Positions 28,998-41,077 of a stretch of DNA of 64,000 bases are shown one piece after another. The notes under the pieces are model-generated. The model did not search any database. It had not been told where the DNA came from and was given only the letters and a program-made list of their open reading frames with translations. Both the position numbers and the translations under genes were made by a program. Position 1 is the first letter of the stretch, and each line of letters opens with the position of its first letter. The stretch comes from Utricularia gibba (lineage: Eukaryota > Plantae > Magnoliophyta). The stretch is taken from positions 2,604,001 through 2,668,000 of the forward strand of contig NEEC01000002.1 of NCBI GenBank assembly GCA_002189035.1. Direction: 5' to 3'.

Positions 28998-30809
28998 CTA
29001 CTTCATCAGCAGAAAGGGCTGGTAGATGGAGTGGCTCTGTGCGATCTCGATGCGCTCTCGAGGGTCGTTCATGGTCTCGTCTCTCAGAGCTTGCAGAATC
29101 CCTTCGCAAGGGAGCTCCCTAATATACATACACACCATGGAAGATTATGAGGCTGAGTTTCTAAAGGGTACAACCCTGATGCCACATTTACCTGGTTATG
29201 AGTATTTTGAAGAGTGTCTTCAAGATGGGGCAGAGCTCTACTGGGGCAATGTGCTTTTTCTCATTGCGGTGTTGGATGCTTAACCGGGACTGACTCAGCA
29301 GCTCGTAGAAGGCTTTCACTGCAGACACTCCCTGTGGATGGATCGCATTGTATGTGAAGGGTGATGGTCTGGTCTTAACATCTGAGAAGTGAGTTCACAG
29401 AGATGTTTCAAGGCCTGTACCTGAATCATTCCCTTGCCTTTGATGCTGTCACCCATGTCGACCTTTATTTCACCTTTGGCTAGCATTTGTCCATACCATG
29501 CATTGCGGCCCTTCAACAAGGTTACGTATGTGTCTGCCAGAAGAGGGCCTGCAAGCTTCTCGGGCTCCTCTGCCAAAAGGTGGGTTATGAAGATCATCTC
29601 CGATGTGCAGTGAGCAAAGTACACGGACTTGCTCGTCGCACTCTCATTTGTGAGTGCCGCCACCATGCCTGCGTAATAAAAAAAGAGAGCTTAGCTTCAC
29701 AGTGAACCAGACAATGTGGTTAGCTTCATCTACCAATTTGACTGTTGCCTTGCTAATGCAGAGTCTCATACCTGCTCCAACCGCGTAGACGTTCTTCAAA
29801 CCGCCCATAACTTCGTGAGTGACAAGATCTCCGTTATCCCAAACAATAAATTGCGGCTGCCTGAGGAACCTTGCAAGTGGTTTCCTCCATTTTTCAGCTC
29901 CACATATCCGAGCATTGGCATACTCCTTGTTGTAAATTTCTGAGGCGATGTTCGGCCCTCCGAGATACAGTATGTTTTCCATGGGGACTCCAGCTGAAAA
30001 TTTACCCATGATACATAATTATAGCATAACGCAGCTCATTGCATCATATACATGTGAGAAACTGCTAAAGGTTTCAACATATCGCAGTGGAGCAGAAGAG
30101 AGTGCCATCAACCACAAATGAATGAAGATAAGTATGTCATCTTACTTGCTCGATTTATCATCTGAGTTGGAGTAACTATTCGTGGTTCAGGTTCCAGCTC
30201 TGCCTCGATTCCTTTAGCCAAAGAAATGATAACAGGATGTGTGATGCGTTCCTTCCAATAACGGCTAATTTCAACAAAGACTTCCTTAGTCTCAGTTGAA
30301 GGCAATCCATTGATGACAATGTCAGCATCCCAGACAGCCTCCTGTAAATTAGTCACAACCTTTAAAGGACAAAGGGGGGTATCAATCATGTTCAAGCAAA
30401 ACCCATCTTTCAATATCTCATCAGCATACAGAACTCGATCTCCTAATCTCCCTTCCACATACTTCAAATAGGCACATCGTCTGATCAGCCTCCTCAGTAC
30501 ATCTTCCCTTGAATTGATGATTTCGAATAAACGCTCAGCAGTAGCTCTATCAACAGACCTCCCAGCTCTTCTCCATATCCTTATCTGAATCTTATCACGT
30601 AGCATTCCATATGCATCTTGTAGCAGAGCACTAAACACACTGCCCCATGCCCCTGCACCTACACCCACTATCCTCAGTGGATCTCCATCAGCTTTCCCAA
30701 ACAACTCACGAAGTTCATCAACTTTATCATCCAACAAGCCATTGGTTCTTTGTATTTGCCCATTCATATGCCCATTACCATCAACAGCAACCTCAGCAGC
30801 ACCCCCATT
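28998..30809 (-). CDS. GPDHC1: Cytosolic NAD+-dependent glycerol-3-phosphate dehydrogenase (GPDHC1-like), 5 coding exons
   Basis: [108 protein letters not shown] and [18 protein letters not shown]. Exact start and stop are uncertain by a few codons. Confidence 0.95.
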
Positions 30810-32277
30810 TCTAAAAAAAAACATCAATGACCTACAATTAACAAATTACAAAACGAACAAGAAAGAAAAAGAAAGAGTTTCAATACCGCAACAAGCAGCT
30901 GGCCGCATCACGGAAGAATGGGGGAACCCAAGAGTATCCATTTTAAAGTTAACACAAAACCCATAACAGCTTGCCGAACAATGAAGCATAACAAAATCCG
31001 CCAATGTACAAAAACGACTTTGAGGAGCTCACCTGTACCCGCCGCCAAACTGCAATGACGACTTAGAAGATGAAAGGAAAAGAACACAATCCTGGTTTCC
31101 CTGTACTTGAAGAATTCGGGGTGGATCTGAACAGGGAATCAAACCCGACTGTTGGATCGCTCATTCAACATCTCAGCAGAAGCAGAAAGCTTCACAAAAT
31201 CCAGAAATACAAAAATGGCTTTTCTATAAAGATAGGCTTCGAGGCGACAATTACAAAGACGGCTTCCCAACAGGGCTCGCGTGTGTGTGTGCATATAAAG
31301 CATTGGAAAATTTTGAGCGACTTTTCGAGAAACAGTACACGTTTTTGGTTTGAAATTTAAGAAGTTCTACTCAAATTGGAAGCTTCTTTTTTCGGCATTA
31401 TCATTACACGTTGGACCTTCTTAGTTTACATTAAATTCAAGTTTTTATATTTAATTCGAATACATTAAAAATATCCATTTTTATTACATATTTTCATAAT
31501 TTTATTTGAATGTACATAACACCCAATGCTTTAAAATTCGAGATTGAATCTAGGGTTATATACAATTTAATCTAAACTCGTGATTTTTTGAATTTGATTT
31601 AATAATTTTTACCCATCTCTTCCTTAGAATTTATTTTTTCTCTTATGCAAAGTAAATATCATATTCTTATTTTTCTATGGATTTATAAACATTTGTAATA
31701 AACACACAAAATATAATCTATATCTATTCAAAACTGTCCAAACTGATTAACCAAACATGGCCTAATAGTTTTTCTTATTTATAGTTAAAATAATTAAAAA
31801 CATGTGGAATATATAAAAAAATAGATGTTTAATGCAAATCTACATATGCACAAACTCACAAAGAAGGAATTAAAAATTCATATAAAAATTCAATTATTTT
31901 CAACCAAATAATATATTCTTTTTATACATTGATTTGAAAAGTAACATGCAATCACCTTCAAATGCATAGAATTTAATTATGTTTCAAATTTTAGAAGGTG
32001 CTATACTATTTTTGACATAAGATATATTAGAAAATTTCAAATCTTTATGTATACTTACAGTAAAAATTACTTTAATTTATTAATAATTTTAAAATTTAGA
32101 ATATGATTTTAATTAAAAAAATTTAAAACACTAGAGTTAGAATTTTGGAAGTGACACCAAACACTATCTAATTTAAGAAATGGAAACACGTGTTGAAAAC
32201 AAATATTCCATTTATGAGTTAATGTTGTATAGGGAATATTACTTTATTATGATAAATAATGAAATTTTTGTGTAATT

Positions 32278-34191
32278 TCATCGTCCGGAGCTGGCTTTTA
32301 GAATCTCCAGCCGGTCGACTATTGTCCGGTCGAACAACCGGTTCTCTGGATTCTCCGCATAACAAACGTAGTAGCAGCCAACGCAAGCTTGCGGCAGCGC
32401 CATGGCGATTCTCGTCTGCAACCAAGAAACAACAGCCACAATCGATCACAATCGTTTGCATCAGTTTCGTCAATCAATACTCAGAAATATACAGACCATG
32501 AGGTATCCGATGAAGGCGGCAAGCGAGGCGAGCGCGGCGGTGTAGCCACGGTACACGGAGGCGGACCAGGCGGTAACCACGATCGCACAAATGGAGCCGC
32601 TGCAAACGCTACTGAGGAAGCAAATGGAACTCATGATATCGGTATTTACGATCTTTACGATTTCTCGTTTCTGGAACAGACTCCATGTGTCTCGTGATGC
32701 TTGTACGAATCCTTTTCCGTATGCAGCGATCTGGATCAAGATTCCGGTCACGGTTTATGTATGAATTCAAATTTTGGGGAGAGGAACAGGGGAGGCGATT
32801 GACTGATTCGTTTACCTGAACATACGCCCAGCCGTTTCCTCGGCTGAAGATGGATTCCATGACGTGGAGACAACAATGCGCACAAGAAAACATGAACTCG
32901 TCTTCCCCTCGATCAGATTCAGTCCCCGAGCCACGATCCGGAGGGCTTCGATGGAGGGAACAAGAAGTGATCCCAGGGTTGCACTCCCGAGGTTCCGAGT
33001 CAAGGCTCGTTGGAATGAGAAGCTAGTGCTCGACTGAATGCCTCTGAGGTAATAAAGAGCCAGAACTCTACTAACTGTAACATTAGCTACATTTCTCAAC
33101 ACCTCTGCGATCCATGCCAGGCTCAAGATCAATGCTATTATGATCAGTGGTGGGAAGTAGAAATTCAGTGATCCAATCACAGCTATAATCCACAAAGATG
33201 TCCACAAGAATCCTGCTACAAGCATGTAGTAAGTGGGATCGTTCAAGTCTCTAAATTTGGGAACTGGATCAAGAGATTTGATGACTATTTTGGAGCAAAA
33301 GCTAGCTCGTTGTGTAACCCAACAAGCGTAGAGTCCATCACCGATAGCGAAGGCAATAAATAAGGCTCCGACGGCATCTGTTGAGGGACGTTCTAAGCAG
33401 ATGAGAAGAATCCCTGCAGCTAAGGTCAGGATAAAAGAGCTCCAGATGATGAAATAAACCATGAATTCAGGCCAAAGCCTCACAGATTTCTGCCAGAGGA
33501 ATGCTAGTGTCACGCTGAGAAGAGATGCTACCTCAATCCGAGGGAAAAAATACCTCAACAGCCGCTGATCTCTACTACTTCTTCCTTGTTGCACCAGTTC
33601 TTGGATTCCCTTGAATATCAAGAAGGAGCCCAACCCAACAACCGATACCAGATGCACCATGAACAAAAACAGGGAGAACTTGTCGGTATAGCGTCTTGAA
33701 TTAAGGGAGGCAGCTAATGGTTGCTACACAAGAAACAACAAATTCTTTTCAACGACAGGTGAAGCACATCAATTCATGAATGAGAACTAAAAGATGTACT
33801 TTTACCTGTGGTGCAGGATCAGTTATATGCGGCGATTGGTGATGGGAGGAAAACTGAGCCTGGGGATGAATGGGAGAAGCACTCTTCATCCGAGTATCCA
33901 TGACAAGTCTCAATGGATTAGTAGCATTCAATCTCTGCATTCTGGAGATGTGAACTCCTGTCCCTACGTAATCTCTCCCCTCCTTCCCCATCTCTAAATC
34001 CTCCTTCACCTTTTCTTCTTCTTCTTCTTCTTCCTCCATTTTTATGTGTTGTTCGTTTTGTCCTTCTGACGACACCTACACGTAGGGAAATGATAAAAAC
34101 CATGAAATGAAAAAAAAAAATATATTGCGGGTATGAGCAAAAAGAAAGGAGAGGAAGTTGTTGAATCTACTAGTTCTTCTTGAGCAACCAT
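32278..34191 (-). CDS. Choline transporter-like (CTL / plasma-membrane choline transporter family) protein
   Basis: Acidic N-terminus, RMQRLNATNPLRLV, multi-TM core, FQRALTRNLGSA.LGSL.VP.IEALRIVARGLNLIEG(E)DEFMFSCAHCC, GWAYVQ/IAAYGKGFVQASRDTW and last exon TRIAMALPQACVGCYYVCYAENPENRLFD. -1 shift at 32905-32908; first exon is inferred. Confidence 0.9.
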
Positions 34192-34619
34192 AGGTGGCGA
34201 AAAAGGAAAGCGTCCGAGTTCCAGAATCGAAACTTGGCCAGATTTATTCACCCGTAAAGGTAAACCAAATCCACCAAACTCGCAGCTCCCTTGAATCTTC
34301 TCCCCTGATTTTTGGTTGAACTTTCTGGCTTTGGGTGGAACATGGAACGAAAGGCACTTGGCTTCACGCACTGACAACGGCGCGTGAAATGCACCACCAG
34401 AGGTAGATGATGAAGTTAGTGAAGTTGGCCCCAGGTTACGTTGGAAGGGACGTGGCCTATTTACTACTAGGCCACCCCGCAATGAGTGCACGTGTTTTTT
34501 ATTTTAACGAAGCCACCAGTTTGACCGGTGGTTGACCAGGTTACATTGTCGGGTCGGGCTCCTGCTTGGCGCTCGCGCTGGAAGACCGCCTCTGGGAAGA
34601 AGGTCGGGTGTGGTTTTGG

Positions 34620-34885
34620 ATGTCGTCGGAGGCATACGGGAGGGTGAGAGCCAAAAGATTGACTTTCAAGGGCATAGAGCTCGCTGTGAGGGACAAATCC
34701 ATCAGCCAGAAGAAAAAGAAGAAGAACGAGAGCAAGCTCGTTGATGAAGCCGACGCCGAGGAGGCATCAGGCGCGGCCGAGATTTAAACTATTGATGCGG
34801 CCAAGATGATTAAGTGCGAAGAAACGTGAAAACCAAGTCTGTAGAAGAAGCCTGCAGGATCGCGTAACGAAGAAAGGTGATCGTG
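34620..34885 (+). pseudogene. Pseudogene of a small conserved Lys-rich plant protein (DUF1754/FAM32A-like N-terminus; family typically ends DDRVKKKADRYCK)
   Basis: MSSEAYGRVRAKRLTFKG..KSISQKKKKK..EI*TIDAAKMIKCEE then, after a deletion and frameshifts, KSVEEA..DRVTKKGDR. TAA replaces an expected Tyr codon at 34785-34787. Family recognised from memory. Confidence 0.6.
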
Positions 34886-35443
34886 TGGGAAGAGGGTATT
34901 CTCAATAATGGTTTAATCTTTAGAATGCTGGGATTCCATGCTTAGAGTTGAAGTTTGAAGATATCGTTACCTTGTAGGTGGTCAATTCAAAAGGTGATTT
35001 CCAAAGAAGGATTACGATGTTGATGCAGAAAGATGATATTTAAGGTGCGCAGAACTTCATTTTCATGCATTCTGAACTTGGCCACACGTGGTAACACAGG
35101 CCAGCTCCATATATTTTTGAACATGAAGTTGCCTTAACCTCTCCAACAATACCTGGTTTCAATTTTCAGGATGAAAGCCAACACATGGCAGTATGTCTAA
35201 TGATTGCTGCTTTCCATCTGTTCACTTTTGAAGTTATGAGAATACATAGGAGAATCAGAACTCCAGATCTTACCCTTTTCTGTGGCTTTACCTTACACGT
35301 CAAAAGACATGCACCGAAAGCAGCCTAATTTGGTGCTTGAATTGCACAACAACAGATCTTGTTTTTCATCAGCATATAAATCATTTCAGTGCCAGAGATG
35401 CCATGTAGTGTCGTAAAGAAACTGCATTTCCGAGAAAAGAGCC

Positions 35444-37135
35444 ATGGAAATGGATGAAGAAGCACGAATGGTTCTGAAAAAGCCAAATGCTTTTAGCAAA
35501 AATCTGACTGTGGATGAGGTAGTGGAAGAGTTTGTGGATCAATTGGATTTTCCCAGCTTCTACAGGTTTTCTTGGTGTCTCTAGCACGTATATTTGATGC
35601 TCAGGCTACACTTATTACCATATTCACAGATGCACAACCGCAGTCATTGAAATGTGTTGCCCCTGGAAAATGTGACAATACAAGGTATAGCTCTGTTTGT
35701 GGACTGCAGCCCGAGATTTGGGAATGGAGCGGTGATAACACAAGTTCCATTGTTGCTGAATGGGGGCTTATTTGTGATCATAGATTCCTTGCAGCCCTCC
35801 CTACATCAGTTTTCTTCCTCGGCTCTCTTGTTGGTAAGTGTTTATTTTACCATCAACTTTCTTGTACACTTTGTTCAGCACTCTCATTTTACTTCCCTGT
35901 CATGATGCAAATTTCACTCATGTGTCGTTCCAGGATCCGCAGTGTTCGGATACTTGGCCGATGGGATCCTAGGAAGGAAAAAATCACTGGTGTTTTCATG
36001 TCTTTTGACCTCTGCCACCATCTTTCTTACTTCACTTTCACCAAACATATTTGTTTACACAACTCGTCGATTTGCCACTGGGTTTTCTCGGGCCGGCATC
36101 GGCATATGCTGCCTTGTTCTCTCAACCGAAGCCATTGGTCGGAATTGGCGTGGGCAAGTTGGCCAATACGGTTTTTTCTTCTTTGCAATAGGCTTCCTGT
36201 CGATCCCATTAGCAGCTTCTCATGCAGCAACTCGCTGGAGAAACTTGTACATGATTTTCTCCGTCTTCCCTGTCATCTACTCCATCTTTTTATTAGCACC
36301 CTTTGTTTTGGAATCTCCAAGGTGGCTTCTTGTTCAGGGGAGAAGTGAAGAGGCTCTTGATGTCTTGAAACGATATGCAGAAATAAACGGTAAGAAATTG
36401 CCGCAGAACTTAAGTTTCAAGTCACCATTTGGAGATGAGAGTAATAAAGCATCTGCTGTACATGATCTCTAGACTACAAGATGGGCTATCAGAAGATTGG
36501 CTGCTGTTATGATCACTGGATTTGGAGTTGGATTAGTTTACTTCGGCATACAGTTCAATATGTATCTCACTGTGGCCATAAACGCCACGATGGAGATCCC
36601 TGCTGTCTTCATTGGTGGAATTCTGCTAAGATTCACAGACCGCCGTGGACTCTTCTCTTCTTCAGCTTTCTTTGCTGGGGTTTCATGTGTTCTCTGCGCC
36701 ATTTTCTCAGGCAAAGGAAACGGGAACCCAATGGTGTCCCTTTTCCAGTTGACACTCGGGGCTGTGGGTTTCATGGCAATTTCCAATGCTTACAATGTCT
36801 TATATGTCCACTGCGTCGAGCTTTTCCCTACAAATGTGAGAAACTTTACTGTTTCTCTACTGAGACAGGCGCTGATGCTGGGTGCCTCCATTTCTCCATT
36901 GCTGGTTGTGTTGGGAAGATCGCATCCATCTCTTTCGTTTCTCGCCTTCGGAGTTGCGTCGCTTGTCAGTGGATGCGTCATCTTCTGGTTACCCGAAACC
37001 AGAAACACCCCATTCTACGAAACTCTGAAGCAGCAGCAGCAGGAAGATGGAGAATATGATCAGTTGCAGGTGCAGCTGACTGAAACCCAGACCAGAGGAC
37101 TCTGCACGATCCCAATCCATGCTCTCAACTCCTAG
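35444..37135 (+). CDS. OCT1-like: Organic cation/carnitine transporter (OCT1-like MFS), 2 exons, with an in-frame TAG; possible pseudogene
   Basis: [86 protein letters not shown] and [11 protein letters not shown]. Intron 35834-35933, -1 shift at 35536-35537, TAG at 36470-36472. Confidence 0.9.
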
Positions 37136-37889
37136 CTGATGCCCCCATTGGAATTCTCATCCCACCTTCACAAGTCAAAAGGAAAAAGTCTCGTCCAAGG
37201 TAGAGTTGGGTACTGGTTGAATTGTCAAAAAAAATGCCCAGCAGCATATGGATGGGGTCAGAAGTCCAAATTCTTGACTCGACCCGGATCACAAGTCTTC
37301 CCGGGTATAAAATCAGTAGAAATTTCAAATATCTAAAATCAAGATTTAGGTTATATTCTAACCTTTTTTTTTTTTACTTTTACTTCGGACAATGAAAAAT
37401 AAATCAGGACAAAATAATATTTTCGTTACAATTTTTAACTTCTAAATTAATTCTACCTCTTATAAAAATATATTGAATATGAGAATTAGTTTTGAGTTAT
37501 TTCTGACTTGTTATTTCTACTGTATTTGGAATACTAGACTTTCATGTAATGTGAACATGTACTTGTGGTATTTGAAATTTTTAGTCATCAAATCATTAAG
37601 GTATTTATTAATATTATAAACAAGTAAAAATATAGACATGGTAAATTAATGTTTGGGTTTTAAAGATATTAGTATATTAAGTTTTGATTAATTGAAAATT
37701 AAAAAATTAAAAATTAAAATAAAATTTGGAAAGAAGTAAAATACACAAGTTTTTATTATTAGGATAAAATGGGTCATATGGATCAAGGCCAAACCAATAT
37801 TTTTACAGTATATAAGTTAATATATTTTATCAACTTCATATGAATGATACAATCGATTTTGATTTATGAGTGGTATTCATCAATTTGGT

Positions 37890-40800
37890 TCGTAACTGTT
37901 TTTCATGGACACAAGTTTCGGGTCATGCCAACTCATCCGATACTCGAGTCGAGGGTATCTATGCCTACTCTTATTTGACCTTGCAAGTATTTCGAGAATG
38001 ATGACTTCACAAAATACACTTGGATATATTTCCTCAAACAAAAATGAAAGGTTATAGATTACTTCAAAATATTCAAAGCACTTGATGAGTCCCATAGTGG
38101 TTCAGAAATACTTACCTTGCACATGAACAATGGTGACGAATACAAATCTACTGATCTTAGGAACCTATACAATGAGAATGAGATTTATCATCAGTTTACC
38201 ATTCCATACACCCCACAGCAAAACGGGATATGCGAGAGAAAAAGGCGAACAATAATGAATATGACAAGATGGCTCTTACTTGATCACAATCTGCAATTAT
38301 AGTTTTGGGGAGAAGTAGTGAATACTTCAGTATTTCTAGTGAATCGTCTTATTACTTGAAGGGAAAACTCTTACGAAATGTGGTACAGCAAAGTACCAAA
38401 CCTGTAAGACTTAAAAATATTTGATTCTCTCTGTTACGTTTTTATTTCAAAGAAACAAAGACATAAATTATCAAATCATTCACAGATAGGGGTCTTCATG
38501 AGATATTATGACACCACCCATATTTTCAGGATCTATATTCCTTGAAAAAATTGAATCGAGCTACAATGAAGTACAAACGTTGTAGTAGATGAAACCCAAA
38601 CTATTGATATGGAAGAAATATAAAAAAGATATGCAAAAAGGAATATCTTTCACACAAGCTATAGATGACCTTTTCCCATAAGACAAATCTCAAAATCTTT
38701 CTGAACCTGCTATTCAAAACTTTATTTGAACTAAAGAAAATACTACAACTACCAATGTGGCAGATATGACTGCACACGATATTTTTCATAAAATGAATAA
38801 CATCTATATTGAAGGATTGATGACTGACCATGAAACTAGCACAAATCTTGAAGAAACTCATTCTCTAGACATCGATGGAAACAATGCACATGAGCAACAA
38901 TCTATTTGAAATCATGTCAGTGGATCAAACATTCAATCATCATCTATGGATATCACAAATTCTGTCAATGAGGAAGCCTCTACGAACTCTACTCAACATG
39001 ACTCAGATTCACTGGAATATGAAAAAAGTGAAACGATATATTGTACTAGAAATCTAGATTCGATATCATCTTAATTCAAATTATCTCTAGAAGATCAACT
39101 CTCAGAAGCTAGTGATGAACCAAAATTAGCATATACCTCTTATATTCCACATTTCTTGTGCAACGATCCAGATCATAACATAGATGAACAGCCTATTAGA
39201 GATATTTGACAATAGCAAGTATTTATGATTGTTATCTATTAATTCACAAACCTATAATGCTTCATGAAGCACTTCAAAACCCTGCTTGGAAGGAATCTAT
39301 GGAATAGGAGCTGAAATCTATCGCGCAACATCAAGTATGGACCATAGTTGACAAGCCACCAAATGTAATACCTCTTGGTCTAAAATGAGAATTCCAAACA
39401 AAATTCAAACCTGATGGATCATTAAACAAGTTAAATTCAAAGTTGATCGCCAAGGGTTATCTAGAGAAAGAAGAAGTTGATTATTGTGAAACCTTTGGCC
39501 CTATCGCAAGATTATATACTATTAAGTTGATCATTTCAATGACAGCAAGCCAAGAAGACTCTACACCATTTGGACATTAAGAGTGCATTCTTGAATAGTG
39601 ACCTATTTGAAGATACATTCAACCACCTCCAACATTTATACTTAAGGATGAACTAGAAGGTGCTTAAATTAAAAAAAGCTCTCCATGATTTGAAACAAGT
39701 TCCAAAAAAATGGTACTCTACAATTGATAATTTCTTCATCCAAAATGACTATACAAGGAGCACAAATAATACTACACTGTACATCATGGAAACTACTATT
39801 GGAAGATCATAATAAGTTTGTACGTTGATGATATTCTACTCACTAACAGCAATGAAGCAATGATAGCAGAAGAAAACAAAAGCTGAAAGACAAGTTTGAT
39901 TTAACAGATTTAGGACCAATGCAATACAGTCTTGGATTAAAAATATCACAAACTTTAGAGTATATTTTTGTAAGTGAAAGGAAATACATTGAAGACTTAT
40001 TAATTAGGTTTGACTTGGTTAATGCATGTGAAGCAATGACTCTATTTACTCTATACTTGAAGCTCAAGGTCAATCAAGTCTCAAAAAGTTAGATTCTAAA
40101 AAATACACATCATAGAGTCAAAGAGGAGTCAAATATTTATGAGTATCAAAAAATGATATGTGCTCTCCTATACATTACTTCCACAAGGCCGGTTATCAAC
40201 TTTGCAATAACCTTTTTTTTAAATTTATGCATAAACCTATAAGTCGCATTTCAAAATTGCCAAACAAATTCTTAGGTATTTAAAATCTATAAAATCATTA
40301 GGTCTTATTTTTTAAGAGAAACACTAACCTTTCCCTCTAAGGCTTTATAGATTCAGATTTTGCAAATGATGAATCTAATCTAAAAACAATCACTGAATAT
40401 TTCTTTACCTTGGGATTCACAGGTTTTGCATTGAATAGCAAAAAACAAGACCTGATTGCTCAATCCTCAACCGAGGCAGAGTATATTGCTGGTGCCTCAA
40501 CGGCTAATCATGCTCAATGGCTTGTAAAGTTGTGCGAGGATCTACGAATCAAGATACATCGATCACTTATATTAAAGATCGATAATAAATTAGCAATTAG
40601 CATCTCACATAATCAAATTATGTTCAGAAAAACCAAGCATATTTGAACCAAATGTAATGTTATGAGAGATTATGTGAAGGATGGAAACATAAAACTAGAA
40701 TTCCTGCCATCCGAACAACAAGCAACAGACATTCTAACAAAGGCATTATTCTCAAAGTATTTTCCCAAATCAAGGAATTGTTGGGTTTGAGAAAAAAATC

Positions 40801-41075
40801 CGATTGAAATTATAGAAATCAAGGAGGAATGAAGTAGCAAGATGATATGTCTTACATCAATTTAAAGCAAGAAGACAGAATGCATCACGACATAGAGTAG
40901 CGCAGTGAATCTAATGAATTGATGATATGTTGTGAATAACTTGCTAGTGTAAGCTATGAGGGCCAAACTAAGACCAAGAAGAGAAAAGAGACTTCAAGGG
41001 AGTTGGGTCTGATTGTGTTTGATCCAATTCTATAGAGTACCAAGCAGTCGAACAGAAAGAGTGCTGAAAAGAGAA
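37890..41075 (+). mobile_element. Degenerate 5'-truncated Ty1/copia retrotransposon (integrase-RT-RNaseH-PPT-3'LTR fragment)
   Basis: NNGDEY..HQFTIPYTPQQNGICERK integrase (38117-38300), RT remnants (39270-40100), IAQSSTEAEYIA RNaseH (40410-40646), PPT AAGGAGGAA at 40821-40829 followed by TG at 40830. Many stops and frameshifts; no gag or 5' LTR found. Confidence 0.9.
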
Positions 41076-41077
41076 CT

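Noticed and set aside
34500-34790. Minus-strand frame with RPDNVTW, suggesting a PPR fragment
   Set aside because: The plus strand is better explained by the Lys-rich pseudogene; the PPR resemblance is only a few residues.
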